From Oopsacas minuta (lineage: Eukaryota > Animalia > Porifera), in contig JAKMXF010000022.1 in assembly GCA_024704765.1 (NCBI GenBank), forward strand, positions 511,055-575,054: 64,000 bases of DNA, given 5' to 3'. This document shows, piece after piece, positions 47,238-57,376 of the stretch. Made by a program: the position numbers and the translations under genes. Under the pieces are notes generated by a model. That model was not told where the DNA came from. It saw only the letters and a list, made by a program, of their open reading frames with translations, and searched no databases. Numbering within the stretch: the stretch's first letter is position 1; each line of letters starts with the position of its first letter.

Positions 47238-48308
47238 ATGTCTGGGTCAGATCGATTGACTGGAGGTGAGCCAATTAAAATAGTTGCAGACTCATTGATA
47301 CAAACAGAAATAATCCAACAATTGAATAGTGCGGGCATTACAGATATTAAGGATATTATCCTTGGCTCCATTCCAGACATAGCTCGTAGATCTCGTCTCT
47401 CAGAATCTGAACTCAGAAGAATTAGACACAGTTTGAGTAAGAGAGTTTCGCTAAATTGTAACTTAGGAATCTCACTTAGCTTACTTACCCCTTCATCTAC
47501 TCTCCAAAACAAACTCAGCACTGGATCTGCTTGTCTAGACTCAGTCCTGGGAGGTGGTATTATCTACCCAGGTCTTGTAGAAATAGCTGGAGAGAGTGGA
47601 GCTGGAAAGACTCAGCTATGTCTACAACTTGCAATCAGTACTCAGTTGCCAGTTGAAATGAATGGAGTTGGTTCAGACAGGAGTATAGCTTACATATGCA
47701 CAGAAGATCATTTCCCTAGCATGAGATTCAAAGAACTAGTAGAAGCGAGATCTGCTCTACTCTATAAACACAGGCAAGTACCAGTTGATAAGAGTTTATT
47801 TGAAGAATTTAGTGATAGAGTATACATAGAGAAAGCAGATACATCATCTGGACTAGAACATTATTTAAATCGTTGGATACCAAAATTAGCAGCAGAAAAG
47901 AAGCTCGGAATAGTAATAGTAGACTCTATAGCCGGCGCTCTGAGAGATGAATTCATGGTTAATACCAATTCACTACGTACAGAGACTTTATGGAGAATAG
48001 CAAAGCTACTACGCTCTATTAGTTTCAATTATAATATCCCTGTTGTGTGTACTAATCAAGTTACAGCGAATATTGATAATAGCGATCTTAGTTCAAGAGG
48101 GCCGAATAAAGCAGCTCTCGGATTAATTTGGTCTAATGTATTGAATGAACGTTATGTTCTGTGTAAGAGAGAGGTTTTAAAGTTTGATATTGATGAATCA
48201 GAATGTTCTACTACAACAGAAAGACTATTCTCTGTTGAATTATCCTCTCATTTACCAAATATTACTTATTCTTATGTTATTAATGCTAAAGGTATTAAGT
48301 TAGTTTAA
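47238..48308 (+). CDS. XRCC3: RAD51 paralog XRCC3, single exon, ATG at 47238
   Basis: LSTGSACLDSVLGGG, Walker A GESGAGKTQLCLQL, YICTEDHFP (XRCC3-type), Walker B IVIVDS and VCTNQV. Confidence 0.85.
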   Translation: MSGSDRLTGGEPIKIVADSLIQTEIIQQLNSAGITDIKDIILGSIPDIARRSRLSESELRRIRHSLSKRVSLNCNLGISLSLLTPSSTLQNKLSTGSACLDSVLGGGIIYPGLVEIAGESGAGKTQLCLQLAISTQLPVEMNGVGSDRSIAYICTEDHFPSMRFKELVEARSALLYKHRQVPVDKSLFEEFSDRVYIEKADTSSGLEHYLNRWIPKLAAEKKLGIVIVDSIAGALRDEFMVNTNSLRTETLWRIAKLLRSISFNYNIPVVCTNQVTANIDNSDLSSRGPNKAALGLIWSNVLNERYVLCKREVLKFDIDESECSTTTERLFSVELSSHLPNITYSYVINAKGIKLV

Positions 48309-48956
48309 ATTTATTTAAGATTTTAATATTACTATACTATCATACTATCAGATTATTACATTGAAACAATATTATAGGATCTGTACATATTTATGAATGT
48401 TGCACAAATGAAGAAATGCTACCAATTTGTGTATTATAGAATTATATATTAATCTGCAGTATTATGGATGTTATTAGGTATTTTCGAAAAAATTAGACCA
48501 TTTTCCAAAGATTTTCTTAGTCTTACGACCGCGACCGGTTTGGATTAGCGAGGGTCTACGTATTTGAGTTGTAGGAGTATATACAACATACTCCTCCTCT
48601 TTTGAGAGAATAAGCTCCTTGAACATGATCTAGTTGTTTACGGGGGTTGTCTTTCTCTTGTAAATATATGCAATAATGTTCCTAAAACAGATTACATATA
48701 GCTACCTCAGTAGAATCTTATTTGCTGTGCGAGTGCGTATCAACCAACTCAGCAATATTGTAATTATCAATAAGTCTTATCTTAGGTCATATCTGCTCTA
48801 GACTAAATTATAAACCTCAGTGAAAGGAAATATCTTTATACGTGGATATCTAACTGAATTAAAACTAGACGAAACTAGTTTACTAGATAACATGTTGTTA
48901 ATCTTTTTTCCTGTCTATTCGTAGAATTCTGACAAGATTAAGCCAAAATGAAATTA

Positions 48957-49124
48957 CAGCAAACTCCCATCATATCGAAGCTCAAGAGACCGCGATACTT
49001 ACTTTGATATAACTGATTACATTTATGTTACTTTGACGGTTTGGGACCATATTGGTACAATTTCAGACTTCGATATAAGCGGGCATTTAGATATATCCGT
49101 GTTCTATATAACGGGAGCTGACTG
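48957..49124. mobile_element. pogo/Tigger-like MITE, same family as 7046-7216
   Basis: TA flanks on both sides; TIRs CAGCAAACTCCCATCATATCGAA / TTCTATATAACGGGAGCTGACTG. Confidence 0.75.
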
Positions 49125-49202
49125 TATTTTAACATTTTAAATATGATCTTGCCAACTATGTTAAATTATGAAATCATTACAAAATTTACATTAAATAATG
49201 AG

Positions 49203-49557
49203 CAGGGCTGGATTCGGTTAGCCGGTTAACCGGTTAACCGCCACTACGTACAGTTAACCGCTATGAGAAAATATATTCGGTTAGCCAGAAATAGTATCAT
49301 TTTCACCTGTATATTCAGTGTTTCTAAGGTTTTGAGAGGTACGAAATTATATATACCCGAATTCCACAAGTTAAGTATTTATGAGTAGTTACATTTTAGG
49401 TCCGTTATCAAAAGATTTCAATAGTTTGTAAGTTACAATCGCATCAAGAATGCATATGAAATGATATTTATTGATATTTCCAAATTTAGCCACCAAACTT
49501 CGTTGATTAGATTTAGGAAAAATTGTAGCGGTAACCGGCTAACCAACCCCAGCCTTG
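49203..49557. mobile_element. Non-autonomous hAT-like element with 7-bp TSD (TAATGAG)
   Basis: ~30-bp TIRs CAGGGCTGGATTCGGTTAGCCGGTTAAC / CAAGGCTGGGGTTGGTTAGCCGGTTACC (reverse complement), GGTTAACC subterminal motifs, and TAATGAG at 49196-49202 and 49558-49564. Confidence 0.75.
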
Positions 49558-49649
49558 TAATGAGATAAATATTTAATTTCCTATATAAGTAACTCAATAT
49601 GTGAGTAACTTAAAATTTCAAGAATTAAAACACAAAAATTCATAATCAG

Positions 49650-51197
49650 TCATAATTCATTCCTCTCTACATGAGATCCTGGTACCTTGTCTCTCAATTT
49701 CTGACTTCTTCCACGAATATTCTCCTCAACAAGCAGGGCAGCGTTTTTCGCTGATATCAGTGACATCTCCATTGCACTAGCTGCCCACTCGATAGCATTA
49801 ATATAAATGAGTTTATCTTCCAACACAATCTGGGGAAAGCTCTGTCCAGGTTTGTATTTAGGATACGCATACCAGGACTTTGATACCACGGTTCTCCTAG
49901 ATAGAAACATGAGATCTAGATCACTCTCCAGCATGGGCTTTCTGGACCATATTTTCCATACTGTGTTATCATCATGTACCAAATATTTCGATACATCATC
50001 AGCGTTCACAACATCCACTGGTATTACCTTCTGAAGCGTTGAGAAATCGACTCGAGGGTTTACCAACTCAGTAGTTAGGATAGCGTCTGGCACTTGAGTA
50101 AGGTCTTCTAATCCAAAGAATTCTGGATTGATTCTTCCTTGTATGAATGTAGCTATCGTAACCTGAAATTCTCTATCAACAGGCTTACTCACTTTCTGTC
50201 TAAGCAATTCAAATTGTACGCCACTCAGTTCCAAAGGATGTGCTATTATGACAAAATCAAATTTGTTGTCTTGAGGGAGAGAAGGATCGCTTTCTAACGT
50301 GTCAATGACGTAATATATATCCGTTTCTTCCTTCAATTCCCTTACTCGGGTTACTGGTGTGTTGTGGAGAATTGCCTGAGATTCTTGTAGCATCTTCTCA
50401 GCTAGAACTTTGTTCCCACCTTGGATAGATCTGAGAGAATCTTGTAAAGACCCGCACAATGAAATCATGCCCACAAATCCATGCAAATTGCAATCCTGTC
50501 CATAATTTCCTCTATTTATGCCAGTGATTAATTCATCAGTCAACTCTTTAGGATAATTCTCGTTCTTCAGGAATGTAAATGTACTCATTTCAGTCATGTT
50601 TAGGAAAAAAGGATCGAGAGAAGTTAGAAACTCCGGTATAGTTTCGAATGTGTATCCATAAGCCTGATACTCATAAATAACTGTAAACTTGTCTAACATT
50701 GAAGATATATATGAAGGAATAAAGAAAAGCTTCATACCATATCTATACATCAGCTTGAAATATTTCAACAAAGGCCAGCCAGTATCAATATACGAGAATC
50801 CGCTCCCATCGTATATTCCCACCTTTGCATCTGGCTCGGAACGTCTCCGTAGACCGAAGTGATCTGATAGAGTCATCATGTAATGGTTAGAAATGTGGAA
50901 AACAGATCCTCCTGCTTCGTATTCACGTCCATCTACTTCCATAACGTGTGCTCTTCCGCCTATACTCTCGCCTTTCTGTTTGAACACATGTATGTCAGCT
51001 GCTAGTCTCTCGTGCAGGAAGTACGCAGCGCCAGTCCCACCCATCCCCGCACCTAGTATAGCTATACGAGGACGTCTGTTTGTTACCAGCTGATGTCCAC
51101 TACCAACCAATAACAAGACGATAGATAGGAGAACGATGTACTTCAATATTCTGTAGAATCCACTCTGTTTTTGTGTAATTTTGCTAGGATCACTCAT
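49650..51197 (-). CDS. PCYOX1: Prenylcysteine oxidase 1(-like), single exon, ATG at 51197
   Basis: N-terminal membrane anchor, FAD motif IAILGAGMGG, EAGGSVFH, WYAYPKY, YINAIEWAASAMEMS and a KDEL-like C-terminus (RNEL). Confidence 0.9.
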   Translation of the reverse strand: MSDPSKITQKQSGFYRILKYIVLLSIVLLLVGSGHQLVTNRRPRIAILGAGMGGTGAAYFLHERLAADIHVFKQKGESIGGRAHVMEVDGREYEAGGSVFHISNHYMMTLSDHFGLRRRSEPDAKVGIYDGSGFSYIDTGWPLLKYFKLMYRYGMKLFFIPSYISSMLDKFTVIYEYQAYGYTFETIPEFLTSLDPFFLNMTEMSTFTFLKNENYPKELTDELITGINRGNYGQDCNLHGFVGMISLCGSLQDSLRSIQGGNKVLAEKMLQESQAILHNTPVTRVRELKEETDIYYVIDTLESDPSLPQDNKFDFVIIAHPLELSGVQFELLRQKVSKPVDREFQVTIATFIQGRINPEFFGLEDLTQVPDAILTTELVNPRVDFSTLQKVIPVDVVNADDVSKYLVHDDNTVWKIWSRKPMLESDLDLMFLSRRTVVSKSWYAYPKYKPGQSFPQIVLEDKLIYINAIEWAASAMEMSLISAKNAALLVEENIRGRSQKLRDKVPGSHVERNEL

Positions 51198-51547
51198 TGC
51201 CTGATATTTTAAAAAGATAGATCTTGTGAGGTGATTAAGAAACAGCAGATAACTACCTAGCTCCTTAGCATATATAAAATAGCATATATAAATCAAATGA
51301 AATTTCTCAGAAATATTTATACTATCAATGATAATTGTATATTTGGTAGTAACTAAGGTGAAAAGTAAATAGTTTGCGAATATTAAACAAAAGGAAAATC
51401 ATACTAAGCAAGCAAGGATAGACACATCGTAAACTCTTTTGTATTAAATTTCTTAGGAAGAGCCTCAATATTTATTGGTCTAATTCTCAAAGAATTTGCA
51501 GTAACATATCCCATTCATTTATTGTTTGTGAATACACTTTTGTACGT

Positions 51548-54443
51548 CAAATTAGAATTTCAAACTGAATTAGCTTAATTATGACCGGAGTAATATTAGG
51601 TACAAGGTCTCAAATGCTGATATAAGGAGAAATAAATTTGATTATGTTATACTGTAAACTTTCCTTATAATGAAGTGCTCAGGACTTTGTTTTCATTTCT
51701 TTTTAAGCGGAGTATGTTAAATGAACATTTGTTTGTAAAGTTATATCGATAATAATGCAAGTATTTAATCAAAGTTCGCAAATACGGATATTGTAACAAT
51801 AAGGTATCAAGTTATGCTAAATTTATTCAACTGGGGTTGTTATCAGCGGACTTCGTTATAACGCGCTGAAATTCAATAGCTTTTGGCCTAAAGGGGTAAC
51901 AAATCCCTTCGTTATAAGCTGAGTTTCGTTGTATCCAGCTTTGTTATAATGGGAGTTTACTATATATATATATTTACAATTGCTGAGGTCTACCAAATTT
52001 CCCAAAATTTCCTTACAGCACAGATTATGTCTAAGAAATTAGGGAAGTCCCTTGTAAAATGTGCATTTGAAATGTTAATCTGTCTTGTTGTATTATCTAG
52101 CTGACTTTGAATATTTTATTGATTAAATAATAATTCGATATGCGTACACATTAATATTTAATTTTCTACTTATATATGTGCATGAATATTATGACAACCC
52201 AAAAAAATGTAATGCCTAGAATTGAATTCATCCAAATGGGGTATCACGTTTAGAATTCCATATGAGTAGGAATATTTATGGTAGCACGCAATAATGAATA
52301 CAATTGATAAAATGTTCAGATCTACTTCCAAAGCTACAAAAGATTCGTGACCGAATAAACACATGTGCATTAAGGAATGTGAACACTTACAGAGGCATGT
52401 GTATCAAATTTAGAAATATTGCTGATACATTTGTTTAACAAATTAGAATAACGAGAACTATCATATGAAATAATCTCTGTGTGCCATGGCCATGACCGTA
52501 CAATTTAGCATTTGAATATTACACGGTGTTGTTATTGTGGTTTATGCAACCGCCAGAACATCACATATTGCTGTTAGCAATCTGTGAAAGAAGCATGAAA
52601 AGTTCAAATTCTTGAAGGCTAAATTACAAATACTCTTTTGTACAGTATTAATTAATTCCCACAAACTTATTGAATTTTCTAATCACTCATGTATTATAGC
52701 AGGAGAGTAGATAGGAGTGACATAGAAAGAAGAACCCAAAAATCCAGGGAGAGTGAAGATGCGGTTAGCAAGTAAAATTAATAGATAAACAGAAAATATA
52801 ATTCAAGGATAGTTGTTCCCATCCCTGGAAATTCACACCACCTGTTCCTCTCATGCACCACAATGTCCAAGTGTCATTAAGACCAAAGTAAATTGAAAGA
52901 TTAATCATTAAGCTATCACATTAATATACACTCTAACAAATATACAAAATATACTATTCTAGAAATATGCAAATAATCTAGAGTGTTGGCAACTCCTGTA
53001 AGAACACACCAATAAGAGCTGAGTTTGATAAACTAGTATTCATTTGCATCGTCTCCTCCTTCATCAGCATCATCACCAGATCCAGTTACTTCAATATAGT
53101 CCTTCTCAAGAGCTGCTAAGTCATCTCTTGCATCGATGAATTCTCCCTCTTCCATTCCCTCACCAACATACCAGTGAACGAAAGCTCTCTTAGCGAACAT
53201 CATGTCGAACTTCTCATTTAATCGCTGCCAGACTGATACAATTGATGTGCTATTAGCCAACATGCAAACTGAGCGATCAATCTAAATGGTAATGAATAGA
53301 AATTACTATTATCCCCGTCAAAGTATATTTATTCATTTTTACCTTGGCCATGTCTCCTTGAGGGGGGATAACTGGGGGTTGCGAGTTGATCCCAACCTTG
53401 AACCCAGTTGGACACCATTCTACGAACTGAACTGAACTCAGTCCTTTGATGTGTTCAATGGACTGAGTAATATCTTTAGGCACTAGATCTCCTCTGTAGA
53501 GTAAACAACAAGCCATGTATTTCCCCTCTGAAGGGTTGCATTTGATCATCTGAGTATTCTTCTCGAAGCATTCCAGAGTCAGTTCTTTAGCAGAGAACAT
53601 GCTTTTGGCAGCCTTACTGCTTGATATTATAGGCGCATAGGATGAGAGAGGGTAGTGGATTCTAGGAAAGGGAACCAAATTTGTCTGAAATTCATTCAAA
53701 TCCACATTCAATTGACCTAAATAGAATAATTATCTATTAGTATGTATACTATTGAAATATAATTATTGCTAATATGCTCTGGTATCATAATACTGACCAG
53801 CAAATCTCAAAGATGCTGTGATGGAAGATACAATCTGACAGATCAGACGGTTGAGGTTTGTATAAGCTGGCCTCTCAATGTCCAAATTGTTCTTGCATAT
53901 GTCGTATATTGCTTCGTTATCGAAAAGGAAGCTACATGTAGCGTGCTCCAGTGTGGAGTGAGTTGTATGGATGGCATTGTATGGCTCCACTACTGCAGTA
54001 CTGACTTGAGGAGCTGGGTAAACAGCAAACTCTAGTTTGTCTTTTTTCCCATACTAAAGATACATATCAATTAATCATATAACAGCAATACAATTATACA
54101 AGTAATCGTTGATTCTGTATTACAAAATAACTTACTTCATTGTGCAGCTCGGACATGAGAAGACTAGTGAATCCTGATCCAGTGCCTCCTCCAAATGAAT
54201 GGAAGATTAGGAATCCTTGTAACACACTACACTGTTCAGTCAGTTTCTTAATCTGCTTCAATGCAGGCTCTTGCATGTTCCTACCAACTGTAAAGTTTCC
54301 ACGAGCGTAATTATTCGCTGCATCTTCCTTCCCCGAAATCAGTTGACTTGGGTGATACAGCTTGCGGTATGGCCCGCTTCGGATGTTGTCTGTTAAATGC
54401 AATCCAATTATAATACATTAATAGATAATTTCCAATTACTGTA
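51548..54443. repeat. Segmental duplication copy 1 (matches 59527-63155)
   Basis: Collinear match with offset 7979 before, and 8712 after, a 733-bp insertion in copy 2. Confidence 0.95.
51652..51962. mobile_element. pogo/Tigger-like MITE (duplicated at 59631-59941)
   Basis: TA|CTGTAAACTTTCCTTATAATGAA ... GTTATAATGGGAGTTTACTA|TA. Confidence 0.65.
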
Positions 54444-55590
54444 TTTTATACAAGTAATGAATTAATTCTACTTTACTCACCTATAACTGAAGGTTCCAAG
54501 TCGATAAATACAGCTCGAGGTACGTACTGTCCAGTACCAACATTGCTGAAGAAAGTACTTAGTGATTCTTCTTTACCACCCATGGTATCTTCGGGTAGAC
54601 GTCCAGTGGGTTCTAGCCCATGTTCCAGACAGTATAATTCCCAACAAGACTCTCCAATCTGACAGCCGGCTTGTCCAATATGAATCGAGATTACTTCGCG
54701 CTACAAAATCAAAATCCATTTCATAAATTTTTAACAGTTTTTGATTTGATTTATTGTAAACCAATTAATAAACCAATTATTATGATTTAAGATTTCCCAG
54801 AATTAATCTATTGTTTCTGCTACATATATGCTATCATATTTGTGGACTGTTACACAATTCCAGACTTGTTATTTGAACCTAACCTATAGGACATCACTTG
54901 TATTTGCAAATGAACTATCTTGTGATATCCAACAACATCTCTGCCCATTCAACTTACTGGTAATTCTTACTCATGTATACATGTGTGATATTGTGAAGGA
55001 ATTATTATTATTATATTTCTATAATTGTAATTCTATAGCTAACATTAATAATTCCAGAATTCTAATATAATCTATGATGTCATATCTCAATTGTTGCTTG
55101 TCTGATTGTCCGTTGTCAAGGAAAGGAAAGCTGGTATGCAATTTTGAAATTCTCGCAAAACTATGTATTTATTGTATTTTTCAAGGAAGTAAATAGAATT
55201 CAATAAAACTGCACGAAATATATCGAACATGCTGAATCCGAATTTCCCATTTTCAAGTCTCATATTCGTAAATATATTGTTGTATTTATGAATATATAGT
55301 AGTAAACAAATTTCAAAATTGAGGTAGAATCATACTTTCAACGACTATACTGATATACTCGAGTATGCTGAGTGTTAATATTGTAAACAACATCAATTTT
55401 AATAAATCTCAATTATTGTTTGTCTGAGTATTTGTCCATTGAATACCTCGAGGCGCAATGTGACGAGTTCATCGCGAAGCGACCAGCCAAAGGTTCGTAA
55501 TTATTAAGTTCGAATCTTGTTAAAAAATAGTGATTTCTGGTGAATCGTATACAATTTGAGGTCAAATATTTTGTAAAACAAACTCACCAT
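53033..55590 (-). CDS. TUBA: Divergent alpha-tubulin, copy 1; exons 55590-55588, 54700-54481, 54389-54136, 54053-53798, 53716-53343, 53281-53033 (451 aa)
   Basis: ATG|GTGAGT single-codon first exon, [59 protein letters not shown] and a C-terminal EY. Confidence 0.93.
55085..55360. repeat. Family X repeat, inverted copy in tubulin intron 1 (contains the empty site of the 57741 hAT insertion)
   Basis: The reverse complement matches 57420-57740 and then continues directly into 59364-59450. Confidence 0.7.
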
Positions 55591-55769
55591 TTTATTGATG
55601 AAATAATAAGTAAAGAATATCTTACAAGTAGCCAAGGATTGTAGAAATATTGTAATTCTACAATTGCCACTGTTTGTTCAGTATTTATATAAAACCCTAT
55701 ATTGGATTCTGTAGTATTCTCTCCATATATTATTATAATATCATAATACAAATTGAATCTATTAGCCTA

Positions 55770-55781
55770 GTGGCTAGCAAC
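55770..55781. promoter_or_regulatory. Candidate RFX X-box upstream of alpha-tubulin
   Basis: GTGGCTAGCAAC fits GTNRCN-RGYAAC and lies 180 bp upstream of ATG 55590. Confidence 0.3.
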
Positions 55782-56305
55782 CCTTTATTGTCTGATATAT
55801 TATTCTCCGAATCCTAAAGTTCTATTGAATAGCTTCATAGTGTTCTCGCTGCCAGGCTCTGAACATTCCACAGCTTCACTAAATATATAGAATCCTATTT
55901 AATTACATTATACCATAAATGCAAAGGTTTTACACCTGTAATAATTATCACCTTATAAACATAATACTATTACAAAGCTAAAGTCTAAAATATGGATATA
56001 CAATTTGTCTCCAGGCATGTCCATTGGAATGTAGTTTCTTTATATTAATAATACATTCGAGGTAGTAATTAGAGTAACAATTAGTACAATTACAATCTAA
56101 GTTAATATAATTGTTGCAACCACAATGATCTAAAGGAATAAACTAAACTAATATTGCTTTTGAAAAGAAAGAGAAGTTCGATATTTTTCGTTTCGAGCTA
56201 TGTGTCTATTAATATTCATATAGGCGACTCGCTTGCAGTTTGGGGATCTCGGCCACTAAAATATTCCTTATCTTAAAACTGGAGACTATAATTTACTAAC
56301 TAAAC

Positions 56306-56587
56306 CAGTAAACCCTCGATTATCCCAAACAGCAGGAATCATGTTTAGTTTAGGAAAATTGTACAAATTTTTGGTGCTTCTGACTACTCTATTACTAGTC
56401 TTTTGAATGCTGTCGTGGTATTAGGCCTTATTGTCATTAATATACAGTAAATATACTAAATTTCAAAATCCAAATCTTCATGTATCATCCTGCAGTGAAT
56501 TTCATGCATCAAAATACACTATTTCAGTTATCCGAACAACATATTTGAAATTCAAAGACGAAGGTTCGGATAATCGATGGTGTACTG
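56306..56587. mobile_element. pogo/Tigger-like MITE
   Basis: 20-bp TIRs CAGTAAACCCTCGATTATCC / CAGTACACCATCGATTATCC (reverse complement), 18/20 identical; both flanks read AC rather than TA. Confidence 0.65.
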
Positions 56588-57376
56588 ACTGCAAATATCA
56601 TCCCAATAGCTACTCCAGGAGTCAATTTCTCATGGAATTAATGAATGAATTACTAACTAGAAGTTAAATAACCCAGGATACATACAATCACTTTTCTGAA
56701 TATTTGTGTTCATAACTAGACTGCACGTAGTAAATATTCCAATGGATAACAACATAATTGCTCCTAGTTCGATATTCTCCACATTTATCAATTAGCCATT
56801 TTAAAATATGGCTGTTATAGACAGGGGTGATGCCAACATATACTGTTGAATTATATCTTTGATGAGTTCTGAGGAATAATATCTGATGATTTTGAATAAT
56901 TGAAAGGTTCAGCTCTCTATTATTTGGGGCTAGTAATTCAGTTTGTGGGGTTTAGTCCCTCTAGGCCCCGTCTCATACATATACGAGTATAGATCCTTGA
57001 ATAAGTAATGTTTCTTATCAAAAATATATCATTCGTTTATTTCTGTTTATAAATATGACAAACAAACCTTTGATTTATTACTTAAATACGCCCCCAAATG
57101 GGCAGTAAATTTATGATAAATTTATGTTTGTTTAATGCTCTCATATTAATGAGTGTTGAGTACGTAAGTGTACTATTCCGTATATTTATTAACTGTAGTC
57201 TGAGGCAAATCTTCGGATATTATTCCATTTTAAATTTCATACGCACTTTTGAGTTGATCTTACAAAATAATTCAATAATATACATTGCATATATGTATAT
57301 TTGTGAATTACATTGTTCTAAATATATCTATATTTTAATACTCAATGGGGCCGTCAATTTGGATAATAATGGATAA

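Noticed and set aside
11352-48308. Clustering of DNA-repair genes (FANCD2, XPD, XRCC3)
   Set aside because: They are separated by unrelated genes in a gene-dense region; there is no evidence of shared regulation, so chance is sufficient.
52170-52370. Duplicated 66-aa ORF (also 60149-60349) and the 135-aa ORF at 60414-60821
   Set aside because: No domain or codon signal. The first is conserved only because it lies in the duplication; the second lies mostly in the MULE-like insertion.
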